Assembly (NCBI GenBank): GCA_963697435.1
Contig: CAVOOB010000002.1
Coordinates: forward strand, 587,681 to 651,680
Reading direction: 5' to 3'
Source of the DNA: an uncultured Gemmatimonadales bacterium
GTDB taxonomy: Bacteria; Gemmatimonadota; Gemmatimonadetes; Gemmatimonadales; GWC2-71-9
DNA: 64,000 bases
Shown here piece by piece: positions 30,157 to 39,944 of the stretch. How positions within the stretch are numbered: the first letter of the stretch is position 1; each line of letters opens with the position of its first letter. Below the pieces are notes generated by a model that saw only the letters and a list, made by a program, of their open reading frames with translations, searched no databases and was not told the origin of the DNA. The position numbers and the translations under genes are program-made.

Positions 30157-31242
30157 CTACGTCCGCACCCGTTTCAGCAGCACCAGCGCCGCGCCCAGAA
30201 AGAGGACGTTCGGGGCCCACGCCGCCACGAGGGGATCGATGATGCCGCCTCGGCCGATCGCCTTGGCCAGGTTGATGATGAGAAGGAACAACACCGTCGT
30301 GGCCAGGCTGATGGCAATGCCGTACGCCGCGCCGGCCCGCGGGGAGCTGAGGCTGAGCGGCGCGCCGAACAGGGCGATAATGAGGCAGGTGACGGGGATG
30401 GCGATCTTCAATGCCCGTTCGACCCGCAGCTTGTTCACGTCGTTGCCGGAGCGCCGGAGCCCTTCGATGTACTCCCCCAACTCCCCGTAGCGCATTTCCG
30501 ACGGCGCCTTGGAGGCCGCCAGCAGCTGGCTCGGCCGTTGTGAGAGGGCGCGGAGGCGCATCTCCTGCGCGGTGAACACCGGCTGGTCCAGCCCGCCGAA
30601 AATGACCCGGCTCGTGCCCCCCCAGAGCTTCCAGGCGGCCGCGGTGCTGTCGTAGGTGGCGCTGTCGGCGCTGACGGCGAGGTACGGGTAGGTGGTCCCG
30701 TTCCCCTGCCGGACGAAGACGGGGTCCCGGAGCACGCGGTTGGCCACGTCGAGCGTCCGGATGGTGTAGACCCAGTTGGCGTCGGCGCCGTACACGAAGT
30801 TGTATCGGAAGGTCGTCGCCCGCGCTTGCCGGGCCTTCTGGAGCTCCAGGGACTTGCTGGACGCGGCCACGGAGATCTCCCCCACGGCGAATGCCAGGAG
30901 GGCGGCCGCCGTCGCCGCCAGGAAGATCGGCCGGGCCAGTCGGTGAAAACTCATCCCGCCGGCATGCGCCGCCACGACCTCCGAGTTCCGGCTCATGGCA
31001 CCCAGGGTGAACACGGTGGCGAAGAACACCGAGGCGGGCATCACCATGGCGATCTCTTCCGGCAGCACGTAGAGATAGCTGCGGACGATCTCCGCGACGG
31101 TCAGCCCATTGCTGAGGAGCCGCCGCATGTTGTCGGTGATCTTGATCAGGACCGACACGACCGGGAAGCCGAAGGCCGTGAGCACAAAGATCCGGATCCA
31201 CGAGCGCAGGATATACCGGTCGAGAATGCTGAGGCCGATCAT
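30157..31242 (-). CDS. lptG: LPS export permease LptG
   Basis: ILDRYILR, MSRNSEVVAAHAGGMS, PSEMRYGEL, AAWAPNVLF. Confidence 0.88.
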   Translation of the reverse strand: MIGLSILDRYILRSWIRIFVLTAFGFPVVSVLIKITDNMRRLLSNGLTVAEIVRSYLYVLPEEIAMVMPASVFFATVFTLGAMSRNSEVVAAHAGGMSFHRLARPIFLAATAAALLAFAVGEISVAASSKSLELQKARQARATTFRYNFVYGADANWVYTIRTLDVANRVLRDPVFVRQGNGTTYPYLAVSADSATYDSTAAAWKLWGGTSRVIFGGLDQPVFTAQEMRLRALSQRPSQLLAASKAPSEMRYGELGEYIEGLRRSGNDVNKLRVERALKIAIPVTCLIIALFGAPLSLSSPRAGAAYGIAISLATTVLFLLIINLAKAIGRGGIIDPLVAAWAPNVLFLGAALVLLKRVRT

Positions 31243-32837
31243 CCGCGCCTCCACTGTGCCACCCGGCGCCGCACCATCTCGGTCAGTTCGGCGAGGTCGC
31301 CCCCGCGCGTCGAGCCGAGTTCGCGGTTGACGCGGAGCAGCCCAGCCACCCCGAGGAGGGTGAAGATCACATTGGGCGCCCACATGACCACCGCCGGCGG
31401 GAGGATGCCGGCGTCGGCCAGCGGTTCACCCGCGGTCAGGCTGACGTAGTAGAGCGCAAAGATGCCGAGGCCGCCGCCGAGGACCAGGCCCATGCCGCCG
31501 CGGGGGAAGCGAAGGGCCAGCGGGATCCCCACCAGCACGAAGACCAGGCACGCCGTGCTGATTGCATACTTCTTGTGCACCTCGACGAGGAAGCCGTCGG
31601 CGGTCCGCCTGGCCGACTTGATCCCCTCTGCCGTGTTGGCGACGTCGACCCACGACGAGAGGGTGACCGAGCGGGAGACGCCGTACCCAGCCAGGTCGTC
31701 GGCGCCCGGCCTCGCCCTCGATACGGCCGGGGGAGGGGCCGCGCTGTCCTGGCTCGACACTCTGAGCTTCCGGTTGAGCCGGTCCCGCCGCCATTGTGGC
31801 ATCGTCTCGCTGGTGACGCTGGGGTCCTGCTGTGCGGGATCCTGCGCCTCCACCGTCTCCGGGAGGAACCGACGGCCCAGCGACCGGAACCAACGGCACC
31901 ATGGCGCCCCGCTTGTTCGCCCGCTGTCCGGCATCGCCGCGGGGCCCGGCGGCACCCCGAGCAGATTGCGGAGGTCCTGCTCCACCCGGTCGGCGCGCAC
32001 CAGGGTGAGCGATCGCATGGCTGAGGTGGTGTCGTGCACCGTATCCAGCATCTCACACGTCGTCATCTCCCGGTCGCTCTTCGGGACGTCCCCCTCGGTG
32101 CGGGTCAGGGTGTTGCCGACGCTCCGGACCCGGATGGTATTGACGGTGAAATAGGTCAGCTGCAGCAGCCCGGGGTCGGCTCCCTTGAATTGCATGATCG
32201 AGCCGTCGTAGAGGGTCAGGTAGAGGTCGTTCTGGTTGACCTCGAAGCCCATCCGTCCGCTGTCGGCGTAAATCACCTGGCGCCCCTGCTGGCCCGACAT
32301 GTCGAAGATCGTGACGTCCCGGAGTCGACCGTCCGCTGGCTCGATCCGCCCCGCCCGGAGGAAGAGGTTGGACGGAGGGACGTCGTTCAGCGCCTGCTCC
32401 CGGAATTGGATGGTGGGCCGTTTGCGGCCGATGTCAAAGAGGAGGGCCTTCAGCCGGAGGTTGGCGGCAGGCAGCCCCTGGTCGACGAAGACGAAATCGG
32501 CCACCGTCAGGAGCACCGCCGCCAGGAACACCGGGCGCAGCAGCTGCCCGATCGAGATCCCGCTCGCTCGCATGGCGGTAATCTCGTTTCCTGCGGCCAG
32601 CGTCGTGAAGGCATAGAGCACCGCGAGGAGCACGGCCATCGGCAACGTCATGGCCACGATGAATGGCAGGCTCAGGAGGAAGACCTCCCCGATCAGGCTC
32701 CAGGGCAGGCCCTTGCCGACCAGCGCACCGAACCGCTTGGCGATCTGGTTCAGCAGCATGATGCTGGTCAGCGCCGCCACCGCGAACACGAACGGGGCCG
32801 CCAGCTGCCGGAGCACATATCGGCTCAGCAGGCGCAT
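31239..32837 (-). CDS. lptF: LPS export permease LptF with a long periplasmic insertion
   Basis: LLSRYVLRQ, TLPMAVLLA, NEITAMRASGIS, VEVHKKYAI, MWAPNVIF; 532 aa. Confidence 0.88.
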   Translation of the reverse strand: MRLLSRYVLRQLAAPFVFAVAALTSIMLLNQIAKRFGALVGKGLPWSLIGEVFLLSLPFIVAMTLPMAVLLAVLYAFTTLAAGNEITAMRASGISIGQLLRPVFLAAVLLTVADFVFVDQGLPAANLRLKALLFDIGRKRPTIQFREQALNDVPPSNLFLRAGRIEPADGRLRDVTIFDMSGQQGRQVIYADSGRMGFEVNQNDLYLTLYDGSIMQFKGADPGLLQLTYFTVNTIRVRSVGNTLTRTEGDVPKSDREMTTCEMLDTVHDTTSAMRSLTLVRADRVEQDLRNLLGVPPGPAAMPDSGRTSGAPWCRWFRSLGRRFLPETVEAQDPAQQDPSVTSETMPQWRRDRLNRKLRVSSQDSAAPPPAVSRARPGADDLAGYGVSRSVTLSSWVDVANTAEGIKSARRTADGFLVEVHKKYAISTACLVFVLVGIPLALRFPRGGMGLVLGGGLGIFALYYVSLTAGEPLADAGILPPAVVMWAPNVIFTLLGVAGLLRVNRELGSTRGGDLAELTEMVRRRVAQWRRG

Positions 32838-32852
32838 GGCGGGCCCGGACGG

Positions 32853-32881
32853 TTGAACCGGAATTTTTCGCGCGCTATATT
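32853..32881 (+). promoter_or_regulatory. Sigma70-type promoter for sprA in the 88-bp divergent lptF/sprA gap
   Basis: TTGAAC, 17 nt, TATATT. Confidence 0.6.
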
Positions 32882-32925
32882 GCCGTGGTCCCTCTCCACC
32901 ATCGCCTCTCATCTCCCGGACACGC

Positions 32926-35900
32926 GTGGCCCGTCTCGCTCTTGCCCTCGGGTTCCTGTTCCTGTTGCTGCCCGTCGCGGCGTCCGCCCAGGACGCGCCG
33001 GGAGAACCCGCCGTTCGTGCGTCCTTTAATGTAGCGCTCCCATCGCTCCAGCAACCGCTGGAAGCCCGGGCGGCCTGGCTCGGGGCGCCCGGGGTGACCC
33101 CTGCCCAGAGGGGGGCGCGATGGCAGCGGCAGCTCGATGCGCGGCGCCTCCGGGAGCAGGCCGCCTCGACGTCGGCCAGCCTCATGGCCGCGCTCTATGG
33201 CGCCAACAGCCTGCAGGTCCAGTACGCCAACGCGGCCATCGAGGATCGAAAGAGCATTCTCGGAATCCCGTCAAAGTATGCCGATCTCCGCATCGACGGA
33301 TCGGTGTTCCTCGAAATCCGGTCGGACCGCCTCCGGAATCTCACCTGTACGCCGGCGCAGCTCCTCGACCAGAACTCCGGCTGCCGGGGCGGCTTCAAGG
33401 CCCCCCGGCTGGACAACGAATTCAACGCGAAAGTCGGGGGACTGATCGGCAGTCGTCTCCATGTGAACGTGGACTACGATTCCCGCCGGGAGTTCAACGC
33501 CAACAACGACATTCAGGTGTACTACCAGGGCCTGCAGGACGAGATCCTGCAGCGCGTGGAAGTCGGCACCGTGTCGTTCCGCACGCCGCCCTCGCGGTTC
33601 CTGACGGCGGCGATTCCCGCCAACAACTTCGGCATCAACGCCACGCTCGAGTTCGGCGCGTTCACGCTGCAGGGGATGATGGCCACGCAGGAAGGGAGCG
33701 TGGTGGGCCAACGGGTGTACACCGTCGGTGCCACGACCAGCGAGCCGCAGGACCGTCTGGTCCGCGACCTCGATTTCGAGTCGGGCCGGTTCTTCTGGGC
33801 CGTGGACCCGGTGACGCTCCCGAACTATCCCTTCATTGATATCCTCAATCTCGATGCGGTGGCCATTCCGCCGGCCCTCCAGCCGGCGGACGCGCAGGTC
33901 CGGGTGTACCGGTACCGCACCGGTGTGGGCAGCGGGCTCAATCCGAATCTCGGCGGGATCACCGCCCTCGGGTTCCGGCCCGATGGACCCGAGCGGGTGG
34001 AGGGCACCTGGCAGCTGCTGTTGCAGGGCGCCGATTACTACCTCGACCCCTCGGCCACCTGGTTTGCCCTGGCGACCCGCCTCGACCAGAACGACTATCT
34101 CGCCGTCAGTTACGTCACCGTGAACGGGACGAGGGTCGGAACCTTCCCCTCCGCGGAAAACCCGGCGGTGACCGACAGTCTCTTGCTCGTCGCCATCCCG
34201 CTGCAGGGTCCGACGGAGCAGACCTTCCGGCACGAGATGCGCCAGGTGTACCGGGTGTCAGGCACCGACCTCGAGAAACAATCGCTCCGGGTGACGGTGT
34301 CCCTCAACCAGTCCGAACGCCCCAGCAGCGGGGAGGCGCAGACGTATCTCGCCTTCTTCGGGCTGGCGATCCCCCCGGATCCGAACATCTTCGACACCGA
34401 CAACCGGCTCTTTCCGCGGACCCGCGATCCGGGGGCCGATCTCGTCCTGCGCGAGTCGTATATCGCCTATCCGACCCTCAAGCCGTTCGTCGATCCCCGC
34501 CTCCAGCCGAATGAACGGGCGGATTCCATCTACCAGTCGCCGGTGTACCTCCTCCTGACGCCACAGGGTCCTCCGTCCCGGTTCCAGATGCGGTTGAAAT
34601 ACGAAGCTGCCGGGGGCACCGACGCCGGAAGCCTCAACCTCAACGCGCTCCAGATCCGGCGCGGCTCCGAGCAGCTCATTGCCGGGGGGCGCGTGCTTGA
34701 ACGGGGCGTGGACTACGAGATCAACTACGACCTCGGGCAGGTCACCTTCAACAGCCCCGCCACCCTCTTTCCCTCGGGTGTCGGGACGGTGACCGCACGC
34801 TTCGAGGAGCGGGGTATCTTCGCCGTGGCGCCGACCTCCATCCTGGGCGGAACGCTGGGGTACTCCTTCGGCGAGGTCGGGTCGGTCAACCTCGTCGCCA
34901 TGTACCAGAAAGAGCAGTCGGTCTTTACCCGGCCGACGCTGGGTTTCGAGCCGACCTCGAATTTTCTGACCGGCATCACGACCGACCTCAAGTTCCAGGT
35001 GGACGGAGTCAGCCGGTTCTTCGACAAGCTCACATCCCAGGACGTGACGGCGCCCTCGCGCCTCGACATCCGGGCGGAGTACGGGACAACCCATCCTGAC
35101 CCGAACATCACCGGCCTCGCCTATCTCGAAGACTTCGAGGGGGAGTCCTTCATTCCAGTCAGTCTGCTGAATTCGCGCTGGGAGTACGGGAGCGTCCCCC
35201 AGTCGCCGGTGGGCGTGGAGGGACTCGGGTTTTCGGCTGGCTTCGATTCGCTCTGGGCGGTCCAGCTGAGCTGGCAGAACCTCATTCCCTCCTGCAGCGG
35301 CTGCCCGCCCGTCGAGCTCTACCCCCAGGACATCGACCCGACGATCATCACGAACGGGACCGGGAGCGTGAACGAGACGGTGCTGTATCTCACCTTCCAC
35401 GCCGACACGGCGGGCGGGATGGTCCAGCAGAACAACCGGTCCCTCTGGTCGCAGCCCGCGCAGCCGTTCACGCCCCGCTGGCGTTCGCTGGTGACGCCCC
35501 TCTCGCAGACCGGCCTCGACCTGTCGCGGGCGGAGTATTTCGAATTCTGGGTCTTTCAGGGCGGCGAGAAGTCCGTGGACTCCGCCGGCATGCAAATGGT
35601 CCTTGATCTCGGCACGGTCAGCGAGGACGCGATGTCGGTGACACCGGACAGCCTGACCGTCGTCGGGTCCGACAGCCTCTACACCGGTCGACACTACTCC
35701 GGTGTGGGCGTCCTGAACAGCGAGCGGCAATCCACCGGCATTTACAACGCCTCCAACGACGATATCGGCATCCTCCTCGATCGCGTGGATTCGCTCTTCG
35801 TCGATGGCGCGGTCGTCAAGGACGTGCAGACCTGCACGGAGCTGCTCTCGGAGACGGTGCCGATCTATCCCTGGGGTGACCTGAGCAGCCGGTGTTCCAA

Positions 35901-38900
35901 CGGCAACGGGTTCCTGGACACCGAAGACCTGAACGGCGACAATCGCCTGAACGCCCAGGGGGCCAACGACAACGTCCTGCGCTGGGTCATCGAGCCGAAC
36001 CAGCTCTCGCAGTACTATGTCCGCACCGGCGCCACCTATACCAATACGCAGGGCGAAACCTCGACCTGGACGCTCTACCGGGTTCCGCTTCGGGTGCCGG
36101 AGGCCACCATCGGCACCCCCAATCTCCGGCTGATCCAGAGTATGCGGGTGACGATGGTGGCGCCCGACATGCCGGAGCCGGATGTGGTGGCCCGGTTTGC
36201 CCTCGCGCGGATGCGGTTTATCGGGGCCCCGTGGGTCCGGCGCGCCGACACGCCGCTGATCGGCATCGGCGGTTCGGTAGCCAGCCCGACCGGGACGATG
36301 TTTGCCGCGGTCATTTCCACCGAGGATGTGGCGCTGGGGTACACCTCACCACCCGGCGTCGTCAACGAGCCTGCCCGGAATGACAACAGCCAGCAGGTGC
36401 AGGGGCTCCAGATCAACGAAAAGTCGCTGCGGATCGTGGCCACGTCGCTCGAGCTTGGCCAGCGGGCGGAGGCGTACCAGCGCTTCCCCTCCGGCCCGCA
36501 GAGCCTGCTCAAGTACGAACAGATTCGCGTCTGGTTCCGAGGGCGCGGCGATGGATGGGAAGGTGGCGATCTCAACGCCTTCTTCAAGGTCGGGAGCGAC
36601 GACAAGAACTGGTACATGTTCCTGAGGCCCGCCAGCAGCGTGGCGTGGGTGCCGGAGGCACAAATCAGCATTTCCGTGTGGCGGCAGCTGCGTGCAGAGA
36701 TCGAGCAGCGCTGGCTGCAGGGACTCCCGCCCAGCGGATCGGTCGACTGTGGCATCGGCGACCCCGCGGCGTACGTGGCCTGCGACGGGTCCTATGTGGT
36801 GCAGGTGGCCGACCCGGGTGTCAATCCGCCGAACCTCGCCTCGGCGCAGGAACTCGCCGCCGGCATCTATCGGGTGGCTGATACCGAGGTGCTGACCACC
36901 GTCGAATTGTGGGTCGACGACATCCGGCTGGACAATCCGCTGACCGAGTCCGGCTCCTCGATGGCGCTGGATGCCCGGCTGGCCGCGGCCGATGTGGCGG
37001 ACTTCTCCATCAATTACGTGCGGCAGGATGGCCTGTTCCAGCAGATCGGGCGCGACCCGACATACCGGACCACCGGTGCGCTGGTCCTCGGCACCAACAT
37101 CCGTGTGGACCGGTTCCTCCCTGCCTCGCTCGGCATTTCCGTCCCGATGTCCGTCAACCACACCTATACGTCGGCCGATCCGATTCTCATCGGGGGCACC
37201 GACATCCTGGCGGCCGACATCCCCAATCTCCGACAACCGTCCAGCGGGCTGACGCAGTTCAACATCGGCATCCGCCGGACGAAGCGCGGAACGACGACAC
37301 TCGAACGGGGCCTGCTCGATCCGCTCTCGTTCAGCGCGTCGTACACCACCGGCCAGGCCCAGACCGAGCTCTCGTCAAGCAACACCTCGGCGACCTTCTT
37401 CAACCTGACCTACCTGCTGGTGTTGCCGAAGACGGGGCCGAGCATCTCGCTCGGCGGCGCGGTGGACCAGCTCCCGCCCTGGCTGGCGAAGAGTGAAGGG
37501 TTGACCGCCTCGCGCACGACTCAGTTCAACCTGGTGCCAGGCGCGGTCCGCCTCGGCAGCCAGCTGACACGGGCGGAGAGCGACTTCACCGGCTACCTCG
37601 TGCCGGTGCTCCGGCCAGGCGATGCCGCGCTTCAGCCGGTCGTCTCGATGACCAACCTCTGGCGCAACAGCGCCGGATTCACCTGGCAGCCGATCGGGCT
37701 CATCACCTTCAACGCCGACCTGGCGAGCACCCGGGATCTCCGGGAATATGACGACACGACCTCCATCGGTCGGCTCACCGACGCCTCCCGGAAGGAGTTC
37801 CTCGGCCTGGATGTCGGCGTCGAGCGGGACCGGAACTTGAACACCTCCATCTCGATTGCGCCGCGCCTGACCTCCTGGCTGCGCGGGCGGTTCAATACCA
37901 TCAGCAGCTTCGTGTTGTCCCGCAGCCTGACCAGCCGGGCGCCCATCCAGCAGTACGGCGACTCTGGTGCCTACATCCTGCCTCAGACGCTTAACAATCT
38001 GCGCACTCGCGAAATCGGGATCACGCTCGATCCGCCCCGTGGCTTCCGGCAGTTGCTCAAGGACTCCAGCACCGCCAGCCGGGCCCTCCTGGGGCTCAGG
38101 GTGATCGACTTCTCGTATCGGACCACCCTCAGCTCCACCTTCGACCTCGCGACCTTTTCCCCGGGGCTGGGCTACATGCTGGCTCGAGGCGGGCTGGACG
38201 ACTTCCTGACCCAGGATGGGGACTCCGCGCTCAGTGCCGTCGAATCCTCCACCGTCACGGTCGGGGGAGGCGCCGACCTCCCGCTCGGCATCACGGCCAG
38301 CCTCCAGTATTCCGAGTCGAACATCGATCGCTACGCACAGGCGAGCAACGCCTATCTGCGCACCGAGATTACCCAGAAGGAATGGCCAATCTTCCAGGCG
38401 CGATGGACGCAGACCCTGCGGAAGGGACTGCTCACGGTGATCAGCCTCTCCACGAACCTGCGGAAGCGGTCCGGCCAGACCGTGCTCCCCTCCACCGCCG
38501 CCAACGCCCTGTCCCTCACCGAGACGTCCACCTGGAGCAACGATCTCCAGCTGACCTTTCGGAAGGGGTTCAGCCTCAGCCTGGGCTATGGCGTCACGAA
38601 CGACGAACGCCAGAGCAACGGCACCACCACCCTCGGCAACGGGGAAGACCTCACGGCCAACCTGATCTATCTCTTCCGGCTCCCGGGCAAAATCAGCAGT
38701 GCGCGCAAGCAGGTACGGGTATCGATCAACGCCCTCTCCAGCAAGGCGGAAGCGTGCCTCGATCTGCCGGACGAGGACGAGTGCATCGGGGTGTCCGATA
38801 CCCGCAGGAAGACGCTGCGCGCCGGGATTGACACCGATCTGCTGTCGATTCTGACCGGCGGCTTCCAGGCCGCCTATGTGCTCAACGACATACGACAGCT

Positions 38901-38970
38901 GAACCGCAAGACGGAGCAATTGACGCTCAGCCTGACCTTCCAGCTCTCTCTCTTCTCTGGAGACTATTGA
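32926..38970 (+). CDS. sprA: SprA/Sov-like type IX secretion outer-membrane translocon
   Basis: 2014 aa with signal peptide ASA/Q. N-terminal block GLIGSRLHVNVDYDSRREF...IQVYYQGLQDEILQRVEVGTVSF...NFGINATLEFG; LERGVDYEINYDLGQVTF; AYLEDFEG; EYFEFWV; DLGTVSED; LDTEDLNG; ELWVDDIRL; long C-terminal amphipathic beta strands. Confidence 0.85.
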   Translation: MARLALALGFLFLLLPVAASAQDAPGEPAVRASFNVALPSLQQPLEARAAWLGAPGVTPAQRGARWQRQLDARRLREQAASTSASLMAALYGANSLQVQYANAAIEDRKSILGIPSKYADLRIDGSVFLEIRSDRLRNLTCTPAQLLDQNSGCRGGFKAPRLDNEFNAKVGGLIGSRLHVNVDYDSRREFNANNDIQVYYQGLQDEILQRVEVGTVSFRTPPSRFLTAAIPANNFGINATLEFGAFTLQGMMATQEGSVVGQRVYTVGATTSEPQDRLVRDLDFESGRFFWAVDPVTLPNYPFIDILNLDAVAIPPALQPADAQVRVYRYRTGVGSGLNPNLGGITALGFRPDGPERVEGTWQLLLQGADYYLDPSATWFALATRLDQNDYLAVSYVTVNGTRVGTFPSAENPAVTDSLLLVAIPLQGPTEQTFRHEMRQVYRVSGTDLEKQSLRVTVSLNQSERPSSGEAQTYLAFFGLAIPPDPNIFDTDNRLFPRTRDPGADLVLRESYIAYPTLKPFVDPRLQPNERADSIYQSPVYLLLTPQGPPSRFQMRLKYEAAGGTDAGSLNLNALQIRRGSEQLIAGGRVLERGVDYEINYDLGQVTFNSPATLFPSGVGTVTARFEERGIFAVAPTSILGGTLGYSFGEVGSVNLVAMYQKEQSVFTRPTLGFEPTSNFLTGITTDLKFQVDGVSRFFDKLTSQDVTAPSRLDIRAEYGTTHPDPNITGLAYLEDFEGESFIPVSLLNSRWEYGSVPQSPVGVEGLGFSAGFDSLWAVQLSWQNLIPSCSGCPPVELYPQDIDPTIITNGTGSVNETVLYLTFHADTAGGMVQQNNRSLWSQPAQPFTPRWRSLVTPLSQTGLDLSRAEYFEFWVFQGGEKSVDSAGMQMVLDLGTVSEDAMSVTPDSLTVVGSDSLYTGRHYSGVGVLNSERQSTGIYNASNDDIGILLDRVDSLFVDGAVVKDVQTCTELLSETVPIYPWGDLSSRCSNGNGFLDTEDLNGDNRLNAQGANDNVLRWVIEPNQLSQYYVRTGATYTNTQGETSTWTLYRVPLRVPEATIGTPNLRLIQSMRVTMVAPDMPEPDVVARFALARMRFIGAPWVRRADTPLIGIGGSVASPTGTMFAAVISTEDVALGYTSPPGVVNEPARNDNSQQVQGLQINEKSLRIVATSLELGQRAEAYQRFPSGPQSLLKYEQIRVWFRGRGDGWEGGDLNAFFKVGSDDKNWYMFLRPASSVAWVPEAQISISVWRQLRAEIEQRWLQGLPPSGSVDCGIGDPAAYVACDGSYVVQVADPGVNPPNLASAQELAAGIYRVADTEVLTTVELWVDDIRLDNPLTESGSSMALDARLAAADVADFSINYVRQDGLFQQIGRDPTYRTTGALVLGTNIRVDRFLPASLGISVPMSVNHTYTSADPILIGGTDILAADIPNLRQPSSGLTQFNIGIRRTKRGTTTLERGLLDPLSFSASYTTGQAQTELSSSNTSATFFNLTYLLVLPKTGPSISLGGAVDQLPPWLAKSEGLTASRTTQFNLVPGAVRLGSQLTRAESDFTGYLVPVLRPGDAALQPVVSMTNLWRNSAGFTWQPIGLITFNADLASTRDLREYDDTTSIGRLTDASRKEFLGLDVGVERDRNLNTSISIAPRLTSWLRGRFNTISSFVLSRSLTSRAPIQQYGDSGAYILPQTLNNLRTREIGITLDPPRGFRQLLKDSSTASRALLGLRVIDFSYRTTLSSTFDLATFSPGLGYMLARGGLDDFLTQDGDSALSAVESSTVTVGGGADLPLGITASLQYSESNIDRYAQASNAYLRTEITQKEWPIFQARWTQTLRKGLLTVISLSTNLRKRSGQTVLPSTAANALSLTETSTWSNDLQLTFRKGFSLSLGYGVTNDERQSNGTTTLGNGEDLTANLIYLFRLPGKISSARKQVRVSINALSSKAEACLDLPDEDECIGVSDTRRKTLRAGIDTDLLSILTGGFQAAYVLNDIRQLNRKTEQLTLSLTFQLSLFSGDY

Positions 38971-39872
38971 TGCGCGTCTTTCGCGCGCCCGTGCTCGGGG
39001 CTGTCCTGCTCGTCGCCTGTACCCCCGCGAAGCCTCCCCGTCCATTCGACGGGGCGGCGGCCCTCCGCGCCGTCGAGGCCCAGGTGGCCTTCGGCCCCCG
39101 GATCCCGGGCACGCCGGGCCACGCGGCCGCGGCCGCATGGCTCGACAGTCTCCTCCTGCCCCTGGCCGACACCGTGATCGTGCAGCGCTGGACCCACGTG
39201 ACGGTGGCCGGCGACTCCCTCCCCCTCGTGAACTTCGTCGCCCGGTTCAACCCGGGGGCGGGGGAACGGATCCTCTTCCTGGCGCACTGGGACACTCGGC
39301 CCCGCGCCGACGGACCCGAGAGCCGGGACAGCTCCGCCGCCGTCCCAGGCGCGAACGATGGCGCGTCCGGGACCGCCATCCTCCTCGGCGTCGCCGCCGC
39401 TCTGCGGCAGGCACCGCCGACGGTCGGGGTGGACCTGCTCTTTGTCGACGGTGAGGACTACGGCGTGTTTGACGACAAGGCGGATGTCCTCCTCGGCTCC
39501 CGGTACTACGCGGCGAACCCCGCCCCAGGCCCCCCGCCGCTGTACGCGGTGCTCTTCGACATGGTCGGTGACCGGGACCTGCAGATCTACCAGGAGGGCA
39601 ACTCCGTGACGGGTGCCCCCGAGGTGGTGGACCTGGTCTGGCGAGTGGCACGAAAGGCGGGGCACGGAAATGCCTTCATCCCGACCCTGCGCTACACGAT
39701 CACCGACGACCATCTGTCGCTGCAGGCCAAGGGCATCCGGGCCATCGACGTCGTCGACTTCGACTATCCCTACTGGCATACCCCGGAAGACACGCCGGAC
39801 AAGGTGAGCGCGCAGAGCCTCCAGGCGGTCGGGGAAGTGGCGCTGGCGCTGGTGGCAAACACGGAGGACTGA
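38970..39872 (+). CDS. M28-fold lipoprotein, glutaminyl cyclase-like
   Basis: Lipobox LLVAC; AHWDTRP, GANDGASG, DGEDYG, LGSRYY, LFDMVG, ITDDH, YWHTPED; TGATG overlap with sprA. Confidence 0.82.
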   Translation: MRVFRAPVLGAVLLVACTPAKPPRPFDGAAALRAVEAQVAFGPRIPGTPGHAAAAAWLDSLLLPLADTVIVQRWTHVTVAGDSLPLVNFVARFNPGAGERILFLAHWDTRPRADGPESRDSSAAVPGANDGASGTAILLGVAAALRQAPPTVGVDLLFVDGEDYGVFDDKADVLLGSRYYAANPAPGPPPLYAVLFDMVGDRDLQIYQEGNSVTGAPEVVDLVWRVARKAGHGNAFIPTLRYTITDDHLSLQAKGIRAIDVVDFDYPYWHTPEDTPDKVSAQSLQAVGEVALALVANTED

Positions 39873-39944
39873 CCGCGCGAATGGGCTCCGCCTGGCGCTC
39901 GTGCGATCTCGCCGTACCCGGTCGGCCCTGGCATCCTCAAGGGC

